From: Candidatus Bathyarchaeota archaeon
GTDB lineage: Archaea; Thermoproteota; Bathyarchaeia; Hecatellales; Hecatellaceae
NCBI GenBank assembly: GCA_052246995.1
Contig: JBQPWD010000004.1
Coordinates: 96,001-160,000 of the forward strand
Direction: 5' to 3'
Length of the DNA: 64,000 bases
In this document: one piece after another, positions 1 to 9,172 of the stretch
Numbering within the stretch: position 1 is the first letter of the stretch
Layout of the letters: every line of letters begins with the position of its first letter
Made by a program: the position numbers and the translations under genes
Notes under the pieces: generated by a model
The model's database searches: none
The model's input: only the letters and a program-made list of their open reading frames with translations
Told to the model about the DNA's origin: nothing

Positions 1-976
1 CATTGTACGTTTGCTTTTCCCTTACAAGTTTTAAGCCTTCACCTCTCCTGCAAAAACCTAAATCTTCATAAGCCATAAGCTCAGCAATTGTAAAGCAATC
101 GTGAACACATGCAACATCAAAGTATTTAGCTGAGTTGCCATACTCTAAGCCAGCCATCTTGTAAGCCTTTTTAGCAGCTTCAACAGCAGATTCCAAACCT
201 GAATACTCAAGTTTTAGGAGCATGTCTCTTTTACTTAGATTTGCTGTTCCAGTCGCAACACCTATACCACTTATCCATACAGGTGTATCCGTAATTTTTC
301 TTGCAACATTTTCACTAGCTAAAATCACAGCTGCAGAACCATCAGTAAGAGGACAACAATCAAAAAGTTTTAGCGGCCATGCAACATACCTAGACTTCAT
401 AACGGTTTCAACAGTTATTTTCTGTTTAAACTGGGCTTTAGGATTCATTGAGGCATAATAATGGTTTTTAACGGCTATCTCAGCTAAATCCTCCTCTTTA
501 GCACCATACTTCCACATATAACCTGTCGCATGCATAGCATAATATCCAGGAAAGGTCATACCAAAACTTTCAAACTCCCAGAAGTAGTTTCCAGCTCTAC
601 CAATAAACTCTATTTGAACGGGTGTTGGAGATTCATGCATCTTTTCAACACCCAAAGCTAAAGCAACATCAACAAAGCCGCTTGCAACAAGGTTGTATGC
701 AACAGCAACAGCAGCACTACTTGTTGCACATGCAGCCTCAACCCTCATACTACCAGATGGTAGTGTTCCACAATATTCGGAGCAAACAACTGCAGGCAAG
801 TTTTCAGCACTCCATCCACCAGCACAACCAGTAACTAAAAACCCAATGTCTCTAGCTGAGAGACCTGCATCCTTTAAAGCTTCGCTAACAGCCTCCCATG
901 CAAGCTCATCAATCCTAACATCAAACCTATTACCAAAATAGCTTTGACCAACTCCCACAATAGCAACATCGCGCAA
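1..976 (-). CDS. Thiolase domain protein (archaeal acetyl-CoA acetyltransferase, SCP-x type), 3'-truncated by window edge
   Basis: Not in the ORF track. Manual translation from TTG at 976: MRDVAIVGVGQSYFG...RVEAACATSSAA...GVEKM...AVKNHYYASMNPKAQF...LKLFDCCPLTDGSAAVIL, giving the catalytic EAAC motif and the KNH and DGSAA motifs. Confidence 0.92.
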   Translation of the reverse strand, partial: MRDVAIVGVGQSYFGNRFDVRIDELAWEAVSEALKDAGLSARDIGFLVTGCAGGWSAENLPAVVCSEYCGTLPSGSMRVEAACATSSAAVAVAYNLVASGFVDVALALGVEKMHESPTPVQIEFIGRAGNYFWEFESFGMTFPGYYAMHATGYMWKYGAKEEDLAEIAVKNHYYASMNPKAQFKQKITVETVMKSRYVAWPLKLFDCCPLTDGSAAVILASENVARKITDTPVWISGIGVATGTANLSKRDMLLKLEYSGLESAVEAAKKAYKMAGLEYGNSAKYFDVACVHDCFTIAELMAYEDLGFCRRGEGLKLVREKQTYN

Positions 977-1049
977 AATAAACACCCCCAAACAGCAAAA
1001 GAATTATACTAAAACATTCCTATAAAAGGCTTCTTATAGCTTAGAAGAT

Positions 1050-1127
1050 TGGTGGGCCGGGCAGGATTTGAACCTGCGACCACTGCCGTGTGAGGGCAGC
1101 GTCATAGCCAGGCTAGACCACCGGCCC
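1050..1127 (-). tRNA. tRNA-Val(CAC), CCA encoded
   Basis: Reverse complement folds as GGGCCGG/CCGGCCC acceptor, CTGCC-CT CAC AC-GGCAG anticodon arm, GCAGG-TTCAAAT-CCTGC T arm, ending ACCA. Confidence 0.96.
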
Positions 1128-1148
1128 AGGTTTTTAACCTAGCTATGT

Positions 1149-1787
1149 TTACAGAGGGTTGTAGGAGGCATCCCAAAACTTTAACTCGTATTCTGAGCAA
1201 GTTTTAAAATGTTTTTTTATCCTATTTAACGTTTCCTGATTTAACTTTTCTTCAGCTTCATCAACAATTCTTCTTAATTCATCAACAAGCTTCCTATATC
1301 CTTTTGATGCATACTCCTTAATCCACAACCCGTAAACACTATGTCTAGCTCCTCTACTTTTTTTAAGCTTTTCACCTATAAGCTGATATGTCCACATACA
1401 TGGTAGGGTTGATGAAGCAATTTCATAAAAACCATCTTCAAAACCAACCTTTAACAGATATTCAACGTATTCCCTACAAACATTGTTTACAGGTTTAGGT
1501 TCAACTTTAACAATAAGCCTAATTTTATCCTGCATTGCAACTTCACCTTTAACAGTTCCAACGATAAGCTCAGCAAAAAACTTGGTTAAATCCCTAGTTG
1601 GAGCTTTAGCTGAAGCGTAGGCAAAGGTTTTAAGTAAACCATCAAGATAGTAGAAGTCTTGAGAAAGATAGTATGTGAATTTTTCCAGTGGAAGAGCAGC
1701 TTCACCCATCTCCAAGATAAATTTGTGATTTAAAATTTTACTCCATAAATCCGCGTTCTCGTTTTTAAGCTTCTCAGTTAAACCCAT
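1149..1787 (-). CDS. tenA: Thiaminase II / aminopyrimidine aminohydrolase (TenA, Cys-type)
   Basis: YLSQDFYYL, LPCMWTY (catalytic Cys), WIKEY and YELKFWD motifs. Confidence 0.9.
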   Translation of the reverse strand: MGLTEKLKNENADLWSKILNHKFILEMGEAALPLEKFTYYLSQDFYYLDGLLKTFAYASAKAPTRDLTKFFAELIVGTVKGEVAMQDKIRLIVKVEPKPVNNVCREYVEYLLKVGFEDGFYEIASSTLPCMWTYQLIGEKLKKSRGARHSVYGLWIKEYASKGYRKLVDELRRIVDEAEEKLNQETLNRIKKHFKTCSEYELKFWDASYNPL

Positions 1788-1870
1788 ATCATAAACCTCT
1801 TTAAATTTAAAATTATTAAACCTTAAAGTTTTAAGTTTTGGTGCTTAACTTAAAGTGTAAGGGAAGTGGT

Positions 1871-2104
1871 TTGAAGCAGATTAAAATCCAAGTTTTCCCT
1901 GAAAAATGTACTGGATGTTTAAGATGCCAGCTTATCTGTTCATTTGCATATGAAGGAGTTTTTAATCCTCTTAAAGCAAAGATTGTTGTAAACTGGGTTG
2001 ATGGTGAAATCAGCTTTAAAGATGAGTGCACAAACTGTGGAAGCTGTGTAGAGTACTGTGGTTATGGTGCTTTAAAGCTTGTGGAGAAGGAGGATGGTAA
2101 ATGA
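1871..2104 (+). CDS. Small 2x[4Fe-4S] ferredoxin, partner of the downstream AOR
   Basis: CTGCLRCQLIC and CTNCGSCVEYC motifs; overlaps the AOR start by 4 nt. TTG 1871 preferred over GTG 1838. Confidence 0.88.
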   Translation: MKQIKIQVFPEKCTGCLRCQLICSFAYEGVFNPLKAKIVVNWVDGEISFKDECTNCGSCVEYCGYGALKLVEKEDGK

Positions 2105-4041
2105 GTCAGGAGTATTATGGTTATGCTGGAAAAATTTTACATGTAAACTTAACCACAGAAAAAGTTTCTACGGAAAAGCTTAACCTAGATATAGCTAAAA
2201 AGTTTATTGGAGGTTTTGGTTTAAATCAAGTGTTAGCTTACAACTACATTAAACCTCATATACCACCACTATCACCCGAAAGCTTCATAATATTTGGTGC
2301 TGGACCACTTGTAGGCACACTCGTACCTGGAGCTGTTAAATGTGTTGTAACATACAAGGCTCCATACGAACTTTACATTTCTAACAGGATTACCAGTGGA
2401 ACTGGTGGACGTAGTTTTGGTTCAATGTTAAAGTGGGCAGGTTACGACCATCTTATCATAACGGGAAAAGCTGATAGACCTGTTTACCTAAAAATTTTTG
2501 ATGAAAATGTTGAAATTTGTGAGGCTTATGAGGTTTGGGGGAAAGATATTTTTAAAACAACAGACATTTTATGGGAAAAACATGGTAAAAGTTGTAGCGT
2601 TTTGGCTATTGGACCTGCCGCAGAAAACCTTGTAAAGTTTTCCATAGTTTTTGTTGATAAAATTTCCCATCTTGGAAGGGACTTGGGAGCTATTTTAGGT
2701 TTTAAGAAACTTAAAGCAATAGTTATTAAAGGTGAGAAGGGGATTAAGGTTGTCAATCCAAAAGGTTTCCTGGAAACTGTTAATGAAATTTCTAAAAGAA
2801 TGGTTAATGCTCCTATTAGAGAGGCATGGTTAAAATTTAAACACTTTCTAAACTGGAATAGAGATACGTACATTCATCATCATAGAGGATTCAGTATAAC
2901 AATACCTAAAGAAAGTGTTGAAAGGGTTGCAGGTCCAGAGGTTTACAGAAAATCGGTAAAAAAAGGTGTTGCATGCCCTTCATGCCTTATGGCTGATAAA
3001 GATGTTTTTAAGGATGAAAAAACTGGTCTTGTAAGCTATCATTCAACAGGCTGGGGGCCATTCCATGTTTACGGCTCAATTTTTAATGCGGAAAATTCTA
3101 GCGAAATTCTTGAGTGTAGTAACTTTGTTGATAAAAACGGTTTAGATGAATTTGAGTTCTGCAGGATTTTAGAGTATCTTATTTATCTTTACGAGGAGGG
3201 AGTTTTAAGTGAAAATGATACTGGCGGTTTAAGTTTAAAGAGAAACTGTAAAACCGTTTTAACATTGGCTGAAAAAATTGTTAAAAGAGAAGGTTTTGGG
3301 GATGTTTTAGCTGATGGTTTAGCTGAAGCTATCAGAAAAATCAACCTTTTAAAGGGTATCAAAACCGAAACGTACATTGGCTGGTATCACCCTAGCAATC
3401 CTCAAACAGTTTTGCTTTTTGATGCAAGGTTAAATTTTGGTACTGAAAGTTTTGGTCAAATTGTTAACCCTAGAGGTTGGAGTGGATTTTTAACTTCAGC
3501 AACCTATACTTTAACATCCCAAGAAACTTTAAAAAGGTATTGTAAAAGAATTGGCATGCCTGAAGAAGCTATAAATAAGATTTTTACATCACCATTCAAT
3601 GTTGGAATACTTCAAAAACATGTTGAAGATTGGCAGGCAATTGCAGCCTCCCTTGGATTGTGTAACAGAGTTCCAGTTCTTATGCACTATAACCTTGAAA
3701 ATCTAGCTCAACTCTACACGTTAACAACAGGTGTTAAGCTGAACCCTGAGGACTTAAAAACCGCTGGAGAGAGAATTTGGAATCTTTACAGAATATTAAA
3801 CATAAGGGAGGGATACTCAAAAGAAAATGAAAAACCACCAAAAATATGGTTTAAACCCTTAGAAACACACAAGGGAGAAAAAATCTACCTGATGGATTAC
3901 TTTAAAACTAAAGTGCTTGTAGAGGAGGATGTGAAAAAACTTCTAAAAGATTATTACATTGAAAGAGGGTGTGACCCTAAAACAGGTAAACTTGAAAAGG
4001 AAAAGTTAGTTAAGCTTGGGTTAGAAGAATTTTTAACGTAG
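2101..4041 (+). CDS. Aldehyde:ferredoxin oxidoreductase family (W/Mo-bispterin) protein, divergent
   Basis: YGYAGKILHVNLT, FIGGFG, LKWAGYDHLIITGKA, KKLKAI, DKNGLD, GERIWNL and YYIERG motifs. Confidence 0.92.
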   Translation: MSQEYYGYAGKILHVNLTTEKVSTEKLNLDIAKKFIGGFGLNQVLAYNYIKPHIPPLSPESFIIFGAGPLVGTLVPGAVKCVVTYKAPYELYISNRITSGTGGRSFGSMLKWAGYDHLIITGKADRPVYLKIFDENVEICEAYEVWGKDIFKTTDILWEKHGKSCSVLAIGPAAENLVKFSIVFVDKISHLGRDLGAILGFKKLKAIVIKGEKGIKVVNPKGFLETVNEISKRMVNAPIREAWLKFKHFLNWNRDTYIHHHRGFSITIPKESVERVAGPEVYRKSVKKGVACPSCLMADKDVFKDEKTGLVSYHSTGWGPFHVYGSIFNAENSSEILECSNFVDKNGLDEFEFCRILEYLIYLYEEGVLSENDTGGLSLKRNCKTVLTLAEKIVKREGFGDVLADGLAEAIRKINLLKGIKTETYIGWYHPSNPQTVLLFDARLNFGTESFGQIVNPRGWSGFLTSATYTLTSQETLKRYCKRIGMPEEAINKIFTSPFNVGILQKHVEDWQAIAASLGLCNRVPVLMHYNLENLAQLYTLTTGVKLNPEDLKTAGERIWNLYRILNIREGYSKENEKPPKIWFKPLETHKGEKIYLMDYFKTKVLVEEDVKKLLKDYYIERGCDPKTGKLEKEKLVKLGLEEFLT

Positions 4042-4240
4042 GCTTTTACAACTAAACTAAGCAACAAAAGTATAAACCATGGTTGCTTCACGACAGTAAT
4101 CATGTAAATATCTGAGTAGTTCAACCATAAGATAGAATGTTTTACTACTCATACTACTAAATCTTACCACTTCCTAATTTTAGAGGAAAACTATTTTAAC
4201 TTTTAACAATAAAAAGAAAAAACATTGTTTAAAAATAATG

Positions 4241-6172
4241 TTAAAGTTTAATTTCGAAAACAAGTGAAAGGTCGGTTAAACTGTTTGCTTTAACTTTACT
4301 ATCTGAAATTGTGTAAAGTATGTTGTCGATGAATAGGCTTCTTTTAATTTCATAGTCAGATTTAAAGTAGTATCCACTTTTTAGTAGTTCTTGATTTTCA
4401 AGATGAGTTATTTTACCTATAATCTTAATACCATCCTCAGGAGATATGTGGAAAACATAGGCTCCCTGAAAAACGTACTCTCCATATGTCCATGGCGGAA
4501 TCTTCTCAGCATATTTTTCGGGAAATATTTTTGCTTCAAGGATCGGTATAACCATCAGATTTCTTTTCTGGTTAAACAAGAATGCATGATGATCCTGTAA
4601 AACAGGTGTTTCAGTCCCCCTATCACCTATCACAACCTTACCAACTTCTTTTGGGTTTGTAACGTCGGAAACATCAAAAAGCGATATTTTCACTCCTTGA
4701 TACCATGCAAAATCACCCTCCTCAGCTGGAACCGTTTCCTTACCTACGCCTATAAGATGGTTTTCATCGTAAGGGTGTAGGTAGTCGGAATATCCTGGGA
4801 TTTTAAGCTTACCCAAAACTTTAGGTTCGTTAGGGTTAGTTAAATCTATTGTAAATAATGGGTCAACTTTTTTAAACGTTACAATGTAGCATCTATCACC
4901 CATAAACCTTGCAGAATATATTTTCTCTCCAGGAGCTAAATCTTCAAGTTTACCAACAATTTTTAGGTTTTCAACATCTAAAACATAAACATTGTTTGAA
5001 GTTGCAGCTTGACCAAGAAATCTTGTAACGGAACCTGTTGTAGTGGCAATCCTAAAGTAGCCTTTATATTCATCCATAGAAAACTGGTTTAAAACTTTAC
5101 CTGGAACTTCTCCGCTTGCTTCACATGTAATCTTTGAACCATTAATGCTTATCCTATGAATTTCTGTTAAATCCGATCTGCCGCCCCATTTTGGCATAGC
5201 AACATAAATGTTATCCAACGAAACATATATGCAGCTTGCATAGCCGGTTAATATAGCTTTACATTCAGGCGTTTCACCATCCTTAAAAATGTTTATTGCA
5301 ACTATAACTGTGTAGCTTGATGGAACTATGGTTTCGTTTGAGTAGTAGATTTTTGTTGGAGAAATATTCTTAACAATACCGTTAACAGCTATACTTGGAT
5401 AAAACACACCAAAGTTCTCATTTAAAGGTCTAATTAACGGCTGGGATACAACAGCATAAACATAGTTTCCAATCATTCTTGAGCCGACATACCCACCATT
5501 CAAAGAAACTTTTCTAGCCAATGTAGGATTATTAATGGATGAAAGGTCGTAAACTTCAACAGAAATGCCATAAAACCAAGGTGTAGGCATAATAATTCCT
5601 TTTAAATTTTCTTGGTAAGGCTGCTCTGTTGACAAAAATTCTTCGTATTTAAGGATTACAAGCCTATCTTTGTTGATAAACAAGCCTATAGAAGTGCCAT
5701 TAACCATTATTTCTGAAACTACTCGCATCTCCCCCGGAGGGTATGCCTTAACAATGTAAACTTTATCTTTAGAAACCAGGTAAATGTATTCTCCATCAGT
5801 CTTAACAATATCTGCTTCATCAACACCAACAACCTGAATGTTGGTTGTGGAATATTCTGGAGCTTCGCTTACCACTAATGCTGATGGTGATGTTAAAGAC
5901 CTGGAAATGCTGAAAATCTTTGCACCAGTAACGCTATACACAAGACCTTCAACAAAAGTATAAACCTGTGGGGTTCTATTAGCTTCCTCTAATTTTGCTT
6001 TAACAAATTCTTCAAGCATATCATAAGACTCAAACGATTTAAGAGAACTTGCGTAAGCTTTTTCAGGAAACCAGTAGACAACTGAGAAACTTGAAATTAA
6101 AACTCCAACTACCAGCATTGCCATTAAACCAAACAATATCCACTTTCTACCCTTTACCACCCTCTTTTCCAT
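4241..6172 (-). CDS. Membrane-anchored secreted beta-propeller domain protein (COG4880-like)
   Basis: N-terminal TM helix; YSTTNIQVVGVDEADIVKTDG, LNQFSMDE, GEKIYSARF, VDPLF and LKIPGYSDYLHP motifs. Confidence 0.88.
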   Translation of the reverse strand: MEKRVVKGRKWILFGLMAMLVVGVLISSFSVVYWFPEKAYASSLKSFESYDMLEEFVKAKLEEANRTPQVYTFVEGLVYSVTGAKIFSISRSLTSPSALVVSEAPEYSTTNIQVVGVDEADIVKTDGEYIYLVSKDKVYIVKAYPPGEMRVVSEIMVNGTSIGLFINKDRLVILKYEEFLSTEQPYQENLKGIIMPTPWFYGISVEVYDLSSINNPTLARKVSLNGGYVGSRMIGNYVYAVVSQPLIRPLNENFGVFYPSIAVNGIVKNISPTKIYYSNETIVPSSYTVIVAINIFKDGETPECKAILTGYASCIYVSLDNIYVAMPKWGGRSDLTEIHRISINGSKITCEASGEVPGKVLNQFSMDEYKGYFRIATTTGSVTRFLGQAATSNNVYVLDVENLKIVGKLEDLAPGEKIYSARFMGDRCYIVTFKKVDPLFTIDLTNPNEPKVLGKLKIPGYSDYLHPYDENHLIGVGKETVPAEEGDFAWYQGVKISLFDVSDVTNPKEVGKVVIGDRGTETPVLQDHHAFLFNQKRNLMVIPILEAKIFPEKYAEKIPPWTYGEYVFQGAYVFHISPEDGIKIIGKITHLENQELLKSGYYFKSDYEIKRSLFIDNILYTISDSKVKANSLTDLSLVFEIKL

Positions 6173-6231
6173 ACAATCACCACATAATAGTTACGTTAAG
6201 GAAGCCTATTATCCCACGCTTTAAAACATTT

Positions 6232-6250
6232 TGTTCAAGAAAACAGAACA
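6232..6250. promoter_or_regulatory. Candidate operator TGTTC-N9-GAACA, copy 1
   Basis: Palindrome in the divergent intergenic region; near-identical copy at 6770-6788. Confidence 0.55.
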
Positions 6251-6291
6251 GCTTTAAACTACAAGTGAGAAAAAATATTTTTGATGTATCC

Positions 6292-6750
6292 TTGAAAGAA
6301 GAAGGTGAACTGTCAGATGCTGCAATAATTGAGTCTGAGCTTAAAGGTAAAACTTTGATTGTTTACTGGTATTTACTTAAACATGCAAAATCAACAATTG
6401 GTGTTAGAGAGGTTCAACGTAAACTTGGCTTTTCAAGTCCAAGTGTTGCAGCCTACCATTTAGATAAGCTTTATTCTCTTGGCCTTGTAGGTAAAACAGC
6501 CACAGGCGAATATTACCTAACTCAAGAGGTTAAAGTTGGAGTTTTAAAGTTGTTTACCAGGTTTGGAGGTTTCCTTATACCAAGATACTTGTTTTATTCT
6601 ATATGGTTTTCAGCCATGTTTATAACTTATCTGTTGCTTTATGGGCATACAGGTAGCATACATAACATCGCAGCCATAATTTTCGGGTTAATCGGAAACA
6701 TAATTTTATGGTTTGAAACCTTTAAGCTTTGGAGAGGGAAACCATTTTGA
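6292..6750 (+). CDS. Winged-HTH transcriptional regulator with two C-terminal TM helices
   Basis: GVREVQRKLGFSSPSVAAYHLDKLYSLGLV..GEY wHTH, then two hydrophobic segments. The ORF-track start at 6049 overlaps the divergent gene, so the real start is probably near 6292. Confidence 0.82.
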   Translation: MKEEGELSDAAIIESELKGKTLIVYWYLLKHAKSTIGVREVQRKLGFSSPSVAAYHLDKLYSLGLVGKTATGEYYLTQEVKVGVLKLFTRFGGFLIPRYLFYSIWFSAMFITYLLLYGHTGSIHNIAAIIFGLIGNIILWFETFKLWRGKPF

Positions 6751-6769
6751 AAAATAAATCTCTGAAAAC

Positions 6770-6788
6770 TGTTCTAAACTGTAGAATA
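6770..6788. promoter_or_regulatory. Candidate operator TGTTC-N9-GAATA, copy 2
   Basis: Same geometry as 6232-6250; lies upstream of the 6835 gene. Confidence 0.55.
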
Positions 6789-6834
6789 AATAGTAACTAC
6801 AACTAACCATAAGAATGATGGAAAGGGTTAAAAA

Positions 6835-7155
6835 ATGTTGAAAAAAACCTCATTATACGTAATTTTAGCAGCAATAATTGGAGTAGTGGTAATGATAACT
6901 CCATTAACATTTACACCTACCCAACAACCAACCTTACTCAGGCAGGAAACATCACCCCTACCAGTTAAAGAATACAAACAGGGGGTTGAGGAGGCTAAAA
7001 CAATCCCCACAGTAGAAGTTGAGGAGACAAAGCAACCCAGCATAACTTATTCAATTACAGCAATAACCTTAATTTCAGCCTTAAGCCTCCTCCCAGCATT
7101 CATAACCTCACTTTACATCAAAAAAAGGATTAAGTTAATTAAAATTAAATTTTAA
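6835..7155 (+). CDS. Small two-TM membrane protein, hypothetical
   Basis: Hydrophobic N- and C-terminal helices around a P/T/E-rich loop; basic C-terminal tail. Confidence 0.75.
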   Translation: MLKKTSLYVILAAIIGVVVMITPLTFTPTQQPTLLRQETSPLPVKEYKQGVEEAKTIPTVEVEETKQPSITYSITAITLISALSLLPAFITSLYIKKRIKLIKIKF

Positions 7156-7184
7156 TCTAATTAAAAAGCTGGCTCTACAAAAAA

Positions 7185-7256
7185 GGGCCGGTAGCTCAGA
7201 GGCAGAGCGACACCTTCGCAAGGTGGAGGTCGCGGGTTCAAATCCCGCCCGGTCCA
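7185..7256 (+). tRNA. tRNA-Ala(CGC)
   Basis: GGGCCGG/CCGGTCC acceptor with G3:U70 Ala identity pair, loop TT CGC AA, T arm GCGGG-TTCAAAT-CCCGC. Confidence 0.95.
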
Positions 7257-7374
7257 CTTAATTTTTAAGCAAATTCTTTAGATATGCCATATATTCATTT
7301 TATTTGCCTTTTTAATAGGTCAAGGAGTTCATGGAAAAAGAAAAAGATGTGTGAGAATTTTAAGTGAATGATTT

Positions 7375-8037
7375 TCACTCTACCTTCTTGTAGCATAACC
7401 ACCAATCTAAACATTTTATTTCTCCAGCCTTTTCTTGTTCTCTTCTTTTCCGAATCATGTCCACGGTGTTTGCTGGTGGGATGATCACGTTGTCACCAAT
7501 TATCTCGTTGTTTGGCCAGTTGGCTGGTATAGCGTATCCTTTGTCTGCGATTTGAAGCGCCTTTACCATTCGAAGTATCTCGTCCATGTTTCTGCCAAGC
7601 TCCATTGGATAATAAAGTATTGCCCTGACAGTACCCTTAGGGTCAACTATAAATACGGCTCTAACCGTCTGTGTTCCTGCAGCTTGCTTATGACGCATAC
7701 CTAATTTTGCAGATATTTCACCAGTGTTGTCCGCAATTATTGGAAACTTTATTTCCACGCCAAGTTTTTCTTTAATCCACTCCTCCCACTTTAAATGTGC
7801 AAAAACTTGGTCTATGCTTAACCCTATCAATTCGCAGTTTAGCTTCTGAAATTCCTCATACCTTTTTTGAAACGCGACAAACTCGGTTGTGCATACTGGT
7901 GTGAAGTCGGCTGGATGGCTGAAAAGGATAAACCACTTACCGTTATAATCGTCCGGAAGCTTAACCACACCCCTAGTAGTTCTAACCTCTATTTGAGGGA
8001 ATCTGTCACCTATTAATGGCATTTTATACTCTTCCAT
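7375..8037 (-). CDS. Peroxiredoxin (archaeal Prx6/AhpC type)
   Basis: [16 protein letters not shown] peroxidatic motif, [14 protein letters not shown] and C-terminal CLDWWLC. Confidence 0.95.
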   Translation of the reverse strand: MEEYKMPLIGDRFPQIEVRTTRGVVKLPDDYNGKWFILFSHPADFTPVCTTEFVAFQKRYEEFQKLNCELIGLSIDQVFAHLKWEEWIKEKLGVEIKFPIIADNTGEISAKLGMRHKQAAGTQTVRAVFIVDPKGTVRAILYYPMELGRNMDEILRMVKALQIADKGYAIPANWPNNEIIGDNVIIPPANTVDMIRKRREQEKAGEIKCLDWWLCYKKVE

Positions 8038-8195
8038 AAAAATCACTATTCTATACCTTTGCCAAGAACAGCTTAATAAATGTTTATAAGCAAAAAGTTA
8101 CAGGCTTGAAAGGCCTGAAAAAACCTTAAATATTTAAATCAAGATTTAAATCAAGACTTATTTCCCTGGTGGAAGCTTGAAAAAAAATAGCTGTA

Positions 8196-9011
8196 TTGTT
8201 GATGGTGATGCTCCTTATAACAATAATGTTTTCAGCAACATATGTTACTCCGGTAATGGCAACAGCAAACAACGATGATGAAATGCCGAAGGAATGGTTT
8301 GGAAAAAAGAAGGTTGTTGATAGGTTTGGAGTGTATACAAGAGTTGCCCTCATTCATTATTTGACAGATGTTGGAGACCCTGATATGGATAATGCTGCTG
8401 ATGGTTACGAGCTAATGGGAGTATATTGGAATCTTAGCAAATATCAAAACGGGGTCCCCTACATCATAAACCCAAGTGGAGGAGTTAAACAGGGGTTAAA
8501 AGAAGCTTCTATCATTAAAGAAATAAAGGAAGCTTTAGAATCTTGGGATTGGGCTGTTGACTTAGATGACTACACACCGCCAAATAACATAAACTACAAC
8601 ATCGAACTTTATAATAATAACTCGAAGATTGATTATAAGGCTAAGGCTAGCACAGTAAGCCCTGACTACAAAAATGTTATTACGTGGGGGCGAGCTCAAG
8701 CTGGTGTTGTGGCATATGCAGTAATATGGTATAAATCCTCCACAGGGGAGATAGTGGACGCAGACATGGTGCTTAACTCATACTACAAGTGGGGAATAGC
8801 AGATGGAAATGAATTAACAAGCGACCTTGTTGGTAAATTTGACATAAGAAACATAGTAACCCATGAAGCTGGCCACTGGACTGGGTTGAATGATCTCTAC
8901 GACTCAAAATACTGGGCAATAACCATGTACGGTTATGCAAGCTATGGTGAAGAAATAAAACGCTCCTTGGAGCCTGGAGATATAGCAGGAGCTCAATACA
9001 TCTACAGATAG
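8196..9011 (+). CDS. Secreted matrixin-like (M10) zinc metalloprotease; original start probably TTG 8177, now frameshifted
   Basis: HEAGHWTGLND zinc motif, Met-turn ITMYG, GDIAGAQYIY, hydrophobic signal sequence. Confidence 0.85.
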   Translation: MLMVMLLITIMFSATYVTPVMATANNDDEMPKEWFGKKKVVDRFGVYTRVALIHYLTDVGDPDMDNAADGYELMGVYWNLSKYQNGVPYIINPSGGVKQGLKEASIIKEIKEALESWDWAVDLDDYTPPNNINYNIELYNNNSKIDYKAKASTVSPDYKNVITWGRAQAGVVAYAVIWYKSSTGEIVDADMVLNSYYKWGIADGNELTSDLVGKFDIRNIVTHEAGHWTGLNDLYDSKYWAITMYGYASYGEEIKRSLEPGDIAGAQYIYR

Positions 9012-9172
9012 TTGATAAAAATTCATTAAAACATTTTTTATCATTCCTTTACAGGTTTGAACCCTTAAAACCAGTATACATGCTTATTTTTTTATGCTGA
9101 AAGGGGAAAATAGTAAATAACCACTGTTATTTATATACCAAATTTAAAATTTTATGTATTCCCTTAATCTTA

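Noticed and set aside
222-941. Three plus-strand ORFs, including a Gln-rich 70-aa one
   Set aside because: Antisense shadows of the minus-strand thiolase; the Gln runs mirror its GTT/GCT codons.
6049-6291. N-terminal extension of the wHTH regulator ORF
   Set aside because: Overlaps the start of the divergent beta-propeller gene and the shared promoter; no domain features.
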